Assembly (NCBI RefSeq): GCF_009834535.1
Contig: NC_045696.1
Location: forward strand, 11,100,001 to 11,164,000
Origin: Camelus ferus
Lineage: Eukaryota
Direction of reading: 5' to 3'
Length of the DNA: 64,000 nucleotides
Shown: positions 50,680 through 62,998 of the stretch, one piece after another
Numbering within the stretch: the first letter of the stretch is position 1
Layout: every line of letters begins with the position of its first letter
The notes under the pieces: model-generated
Told to the model about the DNA's origin: nothing
Databases searched by the model: none
What the model saw: only the letters and a program-made list of their open reading frames with translations
Position numbers and translations under genes: made by a program

Positions 50680-53600
50680 GAATAAACTTTTAGTTTTGGA
50701 ATAATTCTAGATTTACAGAAAAGTTGAAGAGAGAAGGATTCTGTACACCTTCACCCAGTTTCATCTCATGTCCATTTTTTCATGCTTCTATGGTACATTG
50801 GTTAAAACTAAGAAACCAGCTTTTGCACATTGCTATTAACTAAACTCCAGACTTTATTTGTATTTCATCAACTTTCCCCCTAGAGTTCTTTTCCCATCCC
50901 AGGATCCAGTCCAGGGTATCACAGTGCATTCTGTTGTCATGTCTCCCCAGTCTCATCTGATCTTTGACAGTTTCCCAGTTTTTCCTTGTTTTTTTTTTCA
51001 TGATCTTGACAGTTTTTAAAAGTAGCAGTGATATATTTTTTAGACTGTCCCTCAGTTTAGATTTGTCTGACGTCTTTCTGGGGTTATGGATTTTGGGGAA
51101 GGATGCTATCAATGTGAATGCTATAAACTTTCTCATCACATCACATCAAGGGTCCATGATAGCAACACAATTTGTCAGTGATGATGTTAACCGTGATCCC
51201 TTGGTTAAGGCAGTGTTGCCATGTTTCTCCACTATAAAGTTACCATTTTTCTTTTTCCATGCTTGAATCTTTGGAAGTTGGTCACTAAGCCTGCACTAGA
51301 GGAGGGAGGAGGAACGGTTGTGAACTAAGCTCCATTTCTTGGAGCAGGGAGTATCTACATATTACTTGGATTATTTGTATAGGAAAAATTTGTAAAGACT
51401 CTCACTTTGTAAGGAAGATCTTCTCCCCCATTTAATATTTTTTGTAACAGCACAGACTTTGTATATTTATTTTATACCTGAAATTATGATCCAATTATTT
51501 GGATTTTTGTCACTCAGATTGTTAATTATCATGTCACACAAATTGTTCCATTGGGAACTACTTCAGGTTGGTTCCTATGTCCCTTTCACATACCACCCAC
51601 CCCCCCCTTTTTTTTAAAGGGTTCTTGTTTTCTAGTACTACAAGATACTCCAGGCTCATTTTATATGTGCCCGGTCACAGCCTTATATTTAGCCATTTCT
51701 CCAAGGATCACTGGTCCCTTTTATTTGATAATGGTATTAGAACTCAAGATCTGGGCACTGGGTGTGCTCATTGTTAACCGGGGTGTTGCTGCTTCTAGAC
51801 CCTGTCAATGAACAGAGCTAGGAAATGTATGCATGTGTATAAACTCAGGTAGAATACATATCTATACTTATTTCTGTATCCATCCACTTCTGTTAAGCTA
51901 AACATAAGATCATAATGTCTCCAACTCTTATCCAGTCCCACAGGGTTCATTCTGGACTTACCTTCTTGCTTACAAGTAACTTATCTCTTTAACAGTGAAA
52001 AAGCTAGTGGCACCCCCATCATCCTCCATTCACTTACTTATTCGTTCAATTCCAGGATACATGAAAGTAATTTCAGAATTGTTAACTTATATCTCAATGA
52101 CATAGGTCTGTTTTTGAGTCTGTATTCTGTTCTGCTGGGCTATTTGTCTATTCTTTTGCATTCTAATTTGCCATTCTAATTTGAGTATTATAACTTTTTG
52201 ACTTAGCCACTCATAGTCCTTTATTTTTCCATACAAATTTATCATGATTTTTTGAGTTTCTTAATTTTCACTGAAATGGCGTAGTTTTATAGTCTGAACT
52301 TCTTTTACAATTTTTTCCTTAAAGGTGCCGTGCAGTCTTTTCTAGCTCAGTTCTGAAATAATTTACAGGGTTTTTTTTCCTTTGTGAATGGTGTCTTTTT
52401 TTCTATTACATTTTTAAATTAATTATTGCTAGTGTAGAGGTAATGGTACTGATTTTGGTAACTTGATCTTATATCTGACAACCTTGCTAAACTCTTATTA
52501 AGCTCGTATTTCTGGTGAATTTTCTAAGTAGATGAGCATTGTATCTCTTATAATTCTTTCATATCTTATTTCTTTGTCTTACCTTATCTCATTAGCCAGG
52601 ACCTCTAGTAATAGATAGAAGTGTAAATAGTGTACATCCATCTCTACCTTCCTATTGTACCAGACATAATTCAAATGCATCTGAAATCTTTCCATTATGC
52701 ATACTAGTTGCTGCAGGTTTTTGGTACATATAGTCTTTATTAAAGAATGAAAGTGCCTTCTATTCCTAGTTTTGTGTGAATTTAAAAAATCATAAATAGG
52801 TATTTTTTCAAATGCCTTTTCCCATCTATTGAGATAATTGATTTTCTCCTTGAATCCATTAATATAAAAATGATATAAAAGCATCCTTGTATTTCTTGTT
52901 TTTTTTGAAGTGCAGTGTTGGATTAGGTGAGCTAATACTTTATTTACACTCATCTATGTCTGTAGCGAAATAAGCCCATCATTTTCTTACTGTGTATTAT
53001 CCACAGTTAGTTTTGTATCTGAGGTTTTATTAGTTTCATAAAAGAAGTTGGGGTGCTTTCTTTCTTTTCTGTTTTATGAAGCAAACTGAATAAAATAGGA
53101 AGTATCTGTTTCTTAAAAGATTGCAAGAACTTACCTGAAAAATCATCTGCACCTCAGGGTAAAGTTTGATTATCATATTGTTTTAAGAATTATTGATCAA
53201 TTAAAATTTCCTAGGTTTTTTTTTTTTTTTTTTTTTTGGTCAGCCTTGGGATTTTTACCTTTTCCCAGAAATGTATTCATTTCTTTTAGCTTTGAAAGTT
53301 TTGTGAATTGTTGTTTCTAATATTCTTTATTATTTAAAAATCTAAGTTTGTGTGTTGATTTCTCCCTTTACTCCTGTATTTTGCTGTTTTGCAGCTTTTC
53401 TTTTTTCTTCCTCATTAAGCTTGCAACAGGTTTGATGATTTAATCTGAAAACAAAAAACAGTCAACTTTTGATCTGTGAATACTTTTTAGTGTTTTTTTA
53501 TTCTCTTTGTAATTGATTTCTCTCCTTACCTTTGCTTGTTTTTACTTCTTATTTTTTGGGTTGGTTCTATTGTACTTTTTCCAGTTTTTTGATTTGAATA

Positions 53601-54100
53601 TATATTAGTTCATTTGTTATCAACTTTTCTTCATTAATGTGCTTAAAACTATACATTTTCCTCTAAGACTTGTGTCTCACAGGTTAAACAACATAAAGTG
53701 TTCATTTTATTGTATTTCAAGTCTTTCATAATTTCCCTAATGTTTTCTGAGGATTACTTAGAAGGTTTTTTTTTTCCCTTTCCAAGGCTTATGGGATTTT
53801 TAAAAGCCTATCTTCTTCTTATCAAGGTCAAATTTTATTGCCTGATGGTCAGAGAACATGGTCTGTATGATGTTGATTTTTTTAGACTTTACTGGGGCCT
53901 CCTTTGTGGCCTAGAAGGTAGTCAGTTTTTATGATTGTTCCATGTTATTTTAAAAGAACATACATTTTGCTTGTGGGTATAAAATTTTCATACCATCTAT
54001 TAATTTGAATACATTGTTATCCACATTTTTAATATTTTCTCTTATTTCTGTTCAATGATTAAGATGTTAGACCAGTTTTCACAATAGCTTTGAAATTTAT
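50680..54100 (-). mobile_element. Old L1 fragments (L1MC/L1ME-like)
   Basis: AGACTGTCCCTCAGTTTAGATTTGTCTGA; TTTTTCAAATGCCTTTT; long T-rich stretch; boundaries approximate. Confidence 0.65.
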
Positions 54101-54189
54101 CATTGATATTTTAATTTCTAAATTGGGTATGGATTTTGCTACATCCTGCTGTGCAAAGAATAGGGCTATGAACTCAATAACCTAGTATT

Positions 54190-54341
54190 TTTTTAATTGA
54201 CTAAAAAAAATTTTAGGGGAGGAGGAGGTAATTAGACTTTTGATTTTTTAATTTATTTTTTTAATGGAGGTACTGGGGATTGAACCCAGGTCCCCGTGCA
54301 TACTAAGCACACACTGTACCACTGAACTATATCCTCTCCCT
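54190..54341 (-). mobile_element. tRNA-derived SINE, long form
   Basis: GAGGTAATTAG...GGGGATTGAACCCAGG...CACTGAACTATATCCTCTCCC; TSD AATAACCTAG. Confidence 0.9.
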
Positions 54342-56104
54342 TAATAACCTAGAATTTTTGAGTAGTCTGATCTGAGACCCTGGTCAACATAATACATATT
54401 TATTGAGGATATGGCTCTTGTGGGAATTGTCCCAGCAGGATCAGTGCATAATTTCCTGAATGGATTTGAAAGTATATTTTTAAACATGGAGGCATGCCCC
54501 TAATTATAAAATGTAACCTATGGGATAATGGCCAGAATTCAGAGGCAGCTTCCTGCACAATGTTCAGAAGTTCTTCTTCTCCTGGTCCATGACCTGCCTG
54601 TCCGTAACCCCACTCCCCAGTGCCCATTCAATGCCGTAGTGACTAAAATGCAACTACTAAACATTCACTTGCAGAGTTGTGATCTCCAAATGTCCTCTTT
54701 TAAAGTGTAAAAATATTCATGGACTGGCTGTAAATTGGTATTATTCTCCAACACCTTGTGGTAAATTTACCAAATTTCTCTACTTTCTGATGGCTAGCTA
54801 AAAACACTTTTGTAAGGAAAGAGGTTAAGGGGAAAGGGTGGGAAAGAAGGGAGACATAGCATGGGGAGGGAGGCAGCAAAAGGCATTTTCCAGGGAGATG
54901 ATTTCCGGGAAAGCTGCAACTGTTGGGGTTTTGGAAGATGGGGGCAGCAAGAAGGTATATGTTTGTGGGGAGGTGGATGAGCAGACAGTGGACCTGGGGA
55001 TATTTATGAAGTCAAACATCATCTATGTTATGATTTTTATCAGCTGGCCTCACACATATGGCTAGCTTCTTCCCTATTAGACAAGAGGCACATTTTCTAC
55101 TCTTCTTCTGTGTTGCCTCAGAGAAATAAAAAAGGCAAATTTGATGTTTCTGTTTTCTTCTCTGCTTTATTATCATTTCAATAAGAATCTCACAACGACC
55201 TAACCTGGATCATACTAATGTGATATATCTATTGCTCAAATAATTCATTTGATAGTTATTATATGGCCTTGTAGCATCTCATATCTTCTTGGGTTCTTGG
55301 TTAAGTTCTTTATTGTGACTGAACTTAACAGGTGTGTCATAGTCTCAGTGATACTGTAGGTCTCTTGAGGGTAAGTCCACTGGGTAATATTTTTTTGAAT
55401 CTGTGATGGCTGGTTATATAATGCAATGCACATAGCAAACATTGCTGTAGGTTTATTTATCTTTTTAGCCTATGGACACTGTGTCCTTCACTAGAGTTCA
55501 TAGTGACTGCCTTTGAAGGAATGCTTCAGTCTTACTGATAACCAAGCAGATAACATTCTTGATCTCAGATAAAAGTCGTACTAAAACATTCATCACCAGA
55601 GATTAAAACTTGTATCAGAATAGAGAAAGAAATTCCATATCTCTCCTCTTTATCGTGTAATTGCATTAATTAGCTTTTAACTAGATGAAATAATGCAGGG
55701 TAACCTGTCAGGACGACTTCATCTTGTGTACAGTAATGCATACTTCTCAGATCCTGAGAGTCCATGATAAACATGCTCTAATATGAACTTGACATGATTG
55801 AGCCTCTCTTTTTTACCCCTTTCCAGAAGTTGAATTTAACCCTGTTAGATTGAAATGGGAATAAATAAACACACTTACTTAAAGGTGTGAATGAGAAGTA
55901 TGGCCACTGGAGATGAATTGATTGGCTATTAAAGGCCGGACTCTTGCGTTGGTTAATTCACCACAGTTCAGGGGCCAGTTCACAAGGTTGTAGACTCGAA
56001 AACTTGCATTCTGAGGCTTTTTGACAGCATTCCTGGTCAACCTGCCCTTTAGGATGGATTAACATTAACCAAGCCCAAGACCCAGGTCTTTGTATCCAAT
56101 TATA

Positions 56105-56445
56105 TCAACATTTATTTATTCAACACGTATTTATTGAGCCCTACAAGGTGACAAGCCCTGTTCTAGGCACTGAGAATGGAGCACTGAACTTTGTTTTGTG
56201 CCATTATAGAGTGCACATTTTAATGAAGGAGTTTGACAAACAAATGAATATCTAATATCACCAGTAGGTGATAAAGGCAATAAAGGAAAATAGAGGAGGG
56301 TAAGAAGATAGTGAGAGATAGACAGGAAGAGCCCACATGAAATGAGAATATGAGCCATGTGAGGTCTGGGCAGTTTCAGAGGGAGGGAACAGCAAGTGCA
56401 AAGGCCCTAAAGTGGATACCAGCTTAGAATGTCCCAGGAACAGTA
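56105..56445 (-). mobile_element. L2 LINE 3' fragment
   Basis: ATTTATTCAACACGTATTTATTGAG, GGGAACAGCAAGTGCAAAGGCCCT. Confidence 0.75.
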
Positions 56446-58041
56446 ATGCCTACCTTCAATAGACCAGAATGTTTTGGGGGCAAATAAAGTCCTTTCTCTC
56501 CGTGCAGGTCTTTTACCTAGAAAGCCATGTCACTATCCAGAGGCTAACTGGTGAGCTTGGTATCTGAACAAGTGGGGTTAAAGACCCAGTATCAAGGATC
56601 CCCTGCATTGGGCTGACTTGGTCTGAAGCATCGATCTGTACTTCTGCTTCACACCTCATCTCCTATGTCTCTGGCTAAAGATGGGATAGGCACTGGCAAC
56701 TTCTGTTCCTTTGTTTTTAAATCAGGCTTAAGATACACTGATGAGTGGCTCCACCACTTATCAGCTGAGTAATACTGGCAAGTTCTCCCACTCTCTCTGT
56801 CTTTGCAAAGAGACATGATAATTTGCCCAAGGACACACAGGCAGAAACTGAATAGAGTTTTTGACTGTTTCCTACCTCTCCCTGCGGTCTCTCAGGTCAG
56901 GTCCACTCTGGTTGAAAACAAACTTGGTGGTTGCAATTAACCACAGAAAAGAAAATAATCTGTATGAACAATTAGAATTCAATCTGCCTTTACTAACACG
57001 AGTATTGCCCTTTACAGCCTGAATTTTGAGCACACCCTTGTCTCTTAATACTGTTCCATCAGTTCACAACTGCTCAGGGTGCTCCCCCTGGCCTGCCCAC
57101 AACTAGTCTTTTCCACAGGCATAGCAGGCTTGCCAGACCAGGGGCTCAGGGTCAACACCATGGGCTTTTCCTATTAGAGACTCTAAATCCCCAATAAGCC
57201 ATAAAAGGCCATGTCCTCACGTGCTCACCACAGATCTCCTAACAGAACACAGAGCAGTATTTCCTCAGACTAGAAGACAAGCTGATAGGAATTCCAGGAA
57301 TCACCAAATTACTCATCTAATGACCTGATTCATGATTTATTTGACATATAACCAAGTATTGATGAAATTTTATTTAAAAATGCACCAGCCTATTTTCACT
57401 TATTTATTTATACCTCCATTTTATTTCAGAACACTTAATGCGGCTCTCAACAACTTAAAAAAACACAGTATTTTTTTTTTTCCTTTCAAAGCAGTATTTC
57501 GTACATTGCATCATTTTACCCGCTCAGAACAGCTGGCTTTGCTGTCTCAATTTTAATGACGGGGACTTAGATGTGAAGGCCGCTGAGCTGTCCACGAGGA
57601 GTTTTCACAGACGTTACTTCACTCGATCACCCCCTCCCGCCCTGCACGGCCGAAAGGGCACGCGTCCTCCCTTGAGTCTGGGGAACTGGAGGTCAGTCGG
57701 GGGCCACATCCCATCAGACAAGCCAGTCTGGTTCAGGATATGAAAGAAGCTAGGGGTCAGGGTTAGGGGCACCCTTTGGAGCAAGGACCTCCCCACAGAA
57801 GCCCCCCTGGCATCTAGCCAGGGGCATCCACCCTCCCGGCAGATCCGCAGGACCACGAATAGGCAAAGCATCGAATCCCGCTGCAAGTCAATCAAGTTCA
57901 AGAGGCACCATTAGGGCGCCCTCAGGTCAAGAACTGATCTGACTGCGCAACTACCAAGCGTCTGGGCTCCTGCCCTCCGGGAGTGGCGGTTCTGGGGGTT
58001 CTTCGCCAAGAACCCTCGAGGCCCGATGGGCCTCTCCCAGC

Positions 58042-58185
58042 TGAAAACAGAGCTGACAGCCACGGTAGCAGAAAACCGGCTCACTGAACAGCCCCGAGCT
58101 GACTCACATTTGGGACTCGATAAATACTTGTTGTGTGCATGAGCAGTACACTTATTTACTTCCTTGAAATTTCAATAAAGAGGTT
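58042..58185 (-). repeat. Left arm of 144-bp inverted repeat
   Basis: Reverse complement aligns without gaps to 58873-59016, 13 mismatches by hand count. Confidence 0.95.
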
Positions 58186-58469
58186 AAGTGTCGGTCGCCT
58201 CCGGCCGCGAGCGAGCCAGCTGCGACCGCAGCATCAAGGCGGAACCGGGGACTCCGAGTTCCCGCATCCTCACTACCTGCTTCGCGACGGACCGCCCTTC
58301 CCACAGGCCCCGCCCCTTCCGCCGACCTCCCTCACGAGTCCCCGCCTCTTCCGCCAGCCCCGCCCCTTTCAGCCCACGTGTGGGTCCGAGACGTGCGTAC
58401 GCTGTCTCTGCGTGTCCTCCAGCCAAGTCTCCAGTGTGTGGATCTCGGCGCGCCCCCTCCCTCTCGGCC

Positions 58470-58611
58470 ATGGGGGTCCCCAAGAGGAAGGCCCCAGGCG
58501 GCCAGGACGGCGCGACTCCCCGCGCGGGCGCAGCCAAACGGGCCCGCACCGAAGAGCTTACTGGCGTCCGCTTCAAGGCTCAGCTGAGGGACCCGCAGGG
58601 CGCGGGGCCAG
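58470..58611 (+). CDS. URB1: URB1 (nucleolar pre-ribosomal-associated protein 1, Npa1 homolog) coding exon 1
   Basis: GCCATGG Kozak; MGVPKRKAPGGQDGATPRAGAAKRARTEELTGVRFKAQLRDPQGAGP; 142 nt, donor AG|gtgagt. Confidence 0.95.
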
Positions 58612-58872
58612 GTGAGTGCGGGGGCCCGGGGCGGCGAACGCTTGCGGGCGAGGCGGCCTCTCGGCCTCTATCTGAATGGCTTCCGTGTGCAGACACAGCC
58701 GCTTCTTTCTGCAGCTTTTCTTACTGAGCGTCAGAGCCTAGCCTCCCGATTTGCTGTCGGGAAACCGAGGCCCGGGTGCTTGGGAGTCCAGGGCCCCGAC
58801 TTGCTGGATTGTGACAGCTCTATGCGAACACACACCTCCTTTGCCCGCGCAGCAACCCTCAGCAAGCTCTAA

Positions 58873-59016
58873 AACCTCTTTATTGCAATTTCAAGAGAAT
58901 AAATAAGGGTACTACACATGCACACAACAAATATTTATCGAGTCCCAACTGTGAGTCAGCTCGGGGCTGCTGAGTGAGCCGGTTTGCTGCTACCGAGGCT
59001 GTCAGCTCTGTTTTCA
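58873..59016 (+). repeat. Right arm of 144-bp inverted repeat (URB1 intron 1)
   Basis: AACCTCTTTATTGCAATTTC...GCTGTCAGCTCTGTTTTCA; matches the reverse complement of 58042-58185. Confidence 0.95.
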
Positions 59017-60149
59017 CTAGCTTTAATCCTCCTTCCAGTAGTCACCCTGACCTGGTAACATGTAATAAGCTACCACACGAAGCCACCACGGGACTTGTCA
59101 GTTGACCAAGATTAGTTGACTAATACGGAGAAGATTTTCTAATTTCACTTTTTGAAAAGTGTGACCATCCTTCACAACTCCTTGTAACCCATTAAAAAGT
59201 ATAAAGGTTATGAAGACAAAACACAATTGAATATACCAGTATGTGGAAACACTAGCACTGTGTCAAAGTTAAAAAAAAAACAATGAATGTTTACTCTCAA
59301 GTGAAAAGTTAAGTTAATGGTCAGAATATCCTCAATTTCTAGGTTGTCTTCCACAGATTTTGTTTTTATTTCTGTTAATTCTTAAATTTTTAATTAATTA
59401 ATTAATATTAAATGGAAGCACAGCCACAATGTGTCAATTTTTGGTGTACAACAGATTTTGTTTTTAAACATTTGATACCTGCAACTGTCTGCAACTGCCA
59501 GCTAGTGCTGGGAAGATAGTATCTGCATTAGCACAGAACTATACATTTCATTCATTCATTCATTCATTCGTTTATTATTTACAAGGGGCTGTTATTTGCT
59601 AGAGTAGGGATAAAATGGTGAGTAAGAATCAGATACAGGCCTGCCATTGTGAGCTTATGAATAGTCAGTTGAGAAGGCAGATGTAAATCAGTAAAGTTGC
59701 ACACAAACTGTTTTCAGCACAAATCCTCTGAAAGATAGGAATAGGAATCTTTCTGGTAGAAGAAAGAGTATATTTAATTATTTGAAAGGTTGTATCCATA
59801 GGCATATTCATGGTTTTGCCCAGAGAGTTCCATTTCTTTTGGGCCCTGCATTTGAACAGGTTTCAGAAGAAAACCAGGGCTGATGGGTAGTGGGCGCAGG
59901 TGAAGGAGCTGGGAGATGAGGTGGAGCTGAAGTTAGTGGGTCAAAGTGGGAATCCCTTTAGGAGGCTCTGTTGGATTTGTGTTTGAATCTGGTCTCTATC
60001 TTGGATTCTCTCTCCATTTTGTTTCGTTCTCATAACTCTGTGTGGTAGGCTCACCTGACTGAAGATCGGGGAAGTGGAATTGGTAAGTGTTAGGGGGTTT
60101 CGTTTTCATCTAGATATTTGGGAAGGTTTTTTTTCTGTTGTGTTTTGTT

Positions 60150-60705
60150 TGTCCAGCTTTATTGAGATATTATTGACATATAATGTATGTAAGTTTAAGA
60201 TGTACAGTGTGATGATGTGATACATATAGATAGTATGAAACAATTACAATAAGGTTAGTTAACGCTGCCATCCCCTTATATAACTACCACTTTTTTTTGT
60301 GGTGATAATGTTTAAGATCTACTCTCTTAATAACTTTCAAGTATATGATACAGTATTGTAACTGTAGTCACCACGCTGTACATTAGATCCTCAGAACTTA
60401 CACATCTTAGAGCTGTATGTTTACACCCTTTGACCAACATCTCCCTATATCACCGCCCCCCCCCCCCAGCCCCAGGCAACCTCCACTCCACTCTCTGTTT
60501 CAATGAGTTCGGAGTTTTTAGATTCTACATGTGAGTGAGAACGTGCAGTATTTGTCTTTCCCTGTCGCACTTTTTTCACTTAATGCCCTCAAGATCCACA
60601 TATGTTGTCGCAAGAAGCAAGGTTTCCTTCTTTTTTAAGGCTGAATATTTTATTGTGTAGATTTCTGAATATAGATATAGATATACCACATTTTCTTTAT
60701 CAGTT
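60150..60705 (-). mobile_element. L1 (L1MA-like) 3' end in URB1 intron 1
   Basis: CAGCTTTATTGAGATAT, GCTGTACATTAGATCCTCAGAACTTA, GCAGTATTTGTCTTTC. Confidence 0.85.
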
Positions 60706-61084
60706 CTCTGATTATACCCCCTTTGTGGTAGGGGTGGGGGGCAGGTAAGCAGGGTTAGATTGATAAAGACCCAGAGGGTGCTCGGGGGTGGATCAGCGTC
60801 AGCACCGGGGAGGACCCCTGGATCAAGAACGGTTCTGCTCTGGGCCAGTTCCTTTTAAAATTGTTGCCCATGACTTAACTGGTGACAGAGAAGAAGCCGT
60901 GTCCTAACCCTCGGTCTCCCCGTCTTCACACTGCTGCTCTTTTCTCCAGCTCAGAAAGTGGCAAGTCCCATCACCTGGACGTTCCTGCCAGGACTGTCAC
61001 TCTGTGACAGTAGCAGCTGGGTTTTTTGTTTTTTTTTTTAAAGAGACTGTCTTTGTTAACATCTGATCATAACTCTTCTTTCAG

Positions 61085-61224
61085 CCTTGGAAGCATTTGT
61101 TTCTGCTGCCAAGAAGCTACCACGAGAAGACGTGTACGACGTCGTGGAGGGGTACATAAAGATTTCTGTTGAGTGTGCGGAGATCTTCCAGCTCCTGAGT
61201 GGGGACAAGCGCCCTGAAAGTGAA
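61085..61224 (+). CDS. URB1: URB1 coding exon 2
   Basis: 140 nt, tttcag|CCTTGG...AGTGAA|gtatgt; (A)LEAFVSAAKKLPREDVYDVVEGYIKISVECAEIFQLLSGDKRPESE. Confidence 0.95.
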
Positions 61225-61952
61225 GTATGTTACTCCTTACCTGGCCTGACGGAGAGAAGAACATGCCAATGCCACTGTTGTGTTAGGTTGATGAAGAGAA
61301 ATGTGATACACATTTCTAAGACGTTACCCCCTTCCTACAGAAAGTGATGCCTTGTCCCTGTGCTGTAGGAATACATTCATTTTGACATCATGACCTTTGA
61401 AAGCATTTTAGTGAGAAGTCCTAACTTCTTATTGGTGAATAATACTGGATGGAATGATTATAGATTCTTAATCTAAACGCACTTGTTTCACTGCGGTTTG
61501 CTCTGACAAAAGGGAAAAAGGTAAAAACTGTCACACAGTTTTTATGTCAACCAATGCAGACTTATATTGAGTTGACATATATATTACTGTTTTCTGGTTC
61601 CAAAGAGGTTCAGAATTTGGGACATTTATGAACCTGTTGAAGTCTCAGGATTATTGCTGTAAGGCTGTAGACCTGCGCATGCCCCAAAGTAGTGAGGCCC
61701 AAGCATTCATATAAATTTCTCTTTTCATTTCACTTTGTTTAATTGTCAAGCAAGCTGTTCTCTGTTTAGCTAAACTGTGGGCACAGGACTAAGCTGTCAG
61801 CTTCCTGCGTTTGGCTCAGAATGTGGGTAGGCCCAGGCCTGCCAGTGGAAGGTTTGACACCTGCGAGTGACTGCGGCTAAGACAAGAGGATGACGTATGT
61901 AGAGGAGGGAAAGAAATGAGATGACTCGTCAGCCTTTCCATTCTCTTTACAG

Positions 61953-62104
61953 ATGCTTTCAATATTTCAAGTTTTCGAGGCCATATTGTTGCGGACAGCC
62001 GGTGATCTTTCCCATTTTCACGTTGTGGGAACCAACATTGTGAAAAAGCTAATGAACAATCACATGAAGCTCATCTGTGAGTCCCTGTATGCCTCGGGTT
62101 ACAA
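61953..62104 (+). CDS. URB1: URB1 coding exon 3
   Basis: 152 nt, ttacag|ATGCTT...TACAA|gtaagt; MLSIFQVFEAILLRTAGDLSHFHVVGTNIVKKLMNNHMKLICESLYASGY(K). Confidence 0.95.
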
Positions 62105-62998
62105 GTAAGTTGCCTGCCTTTACGTGGCAGGACTGGCCTTGGGCTTGGTCTGCGCTCAGCTCCCCACGAGCGCACTTGCCCTTTCCTCCACCTGCAGATA
62201 GAGCGGAGCCAGTTCCAAGGCCTTGACTGTGGCTCTAACCCCCCCTTCCTCTGTTGACCGGCCCGTCACTGTCACTGACTCCTCTCCTCCCACGTGTCCC
62301 TCTGCTCCCATCTGCTGCTCTCCTCACTGTCTTGGGAACACTCCAGACTTCCTTTATGCCGCCTGTCCTTTTGCCCCAAGGGCTCTTCTCCTTCAGGGCT
62401 TTGCAGAGGTGTCATCTCAAGGAGGCCTCCTCTGACCACCCCATCCATCTACAGTTTTATGTGTGATGTGACAGTCCATGTCAGTCTGTTGACTCTGTCT
62501 CCCTCCTCTTGAGTGCAAGGTGCATGTGGGTGGGGGCCTTGACCATCTTATAAAATCCTGTCTTCCCAGCTCCTAAACAGTGTCTAGTACGTAGTAGGTG
62601 CTCAGCAACCACAGATTATGAGTACCTGCAGGATGGAAAGGCAGCCCAGAGCTTGCTTTTGGAGATGCCCACCACGCGGAAGTCTTCTTCTGTGCCGTAT
62701 AAAGGCAGGGGTGATGGGGGTCTCCCAGCTATGTGAGGATTTCCTGGAGACGGAAATTGCCATCTTCTTTGTGTCTTGTGTCTTGTGTTCTTGGATCCTC
62801 CTCAGACTCAGTTTTTTAGCTTTCGTTGAAGATCTTGTTAGGATATTTTAAAGAAAGCGTGTCTTCATGTCTCCTCCATTCTGTTTTCTGCTTTGGGGAT
62901 AGCAGAGCACACAGCCAGGTGTGCAGTTGGCTCGTGGTGAGGTGGCTGTGTGCTCCTGCTGTCCTGACGTGCCTGATTTCCCTGTTGTCCCTGAACAG

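Larger units (their letters stand above)
57880..58860 (+). promoter_or_regulatory. URB1 CpG-island promoter
   Basis: CpG-dense; GC boxes CCCCGCCCC near 58308 and 58358; E-box CACGTG at 58375-58380; no TATA. Confidence 0.85.

Noticed and set aside
24130..51075. Inverted similarity between about 24130-24230 and about 50990-51075
   Set aside because: Both are diverged copies of the same old L1MC family in opposite orientations, which is expected.
58873..59016. Right repeat arm as an intronic H/ACA snoRNA (human URB1 hosts SNORA80)
   Set aside because: No resemblance to the SNORA80/42 family as I recall it, and no clear H box or terminal ACA layout. The snoRNA is expected in a later intron outside the window.
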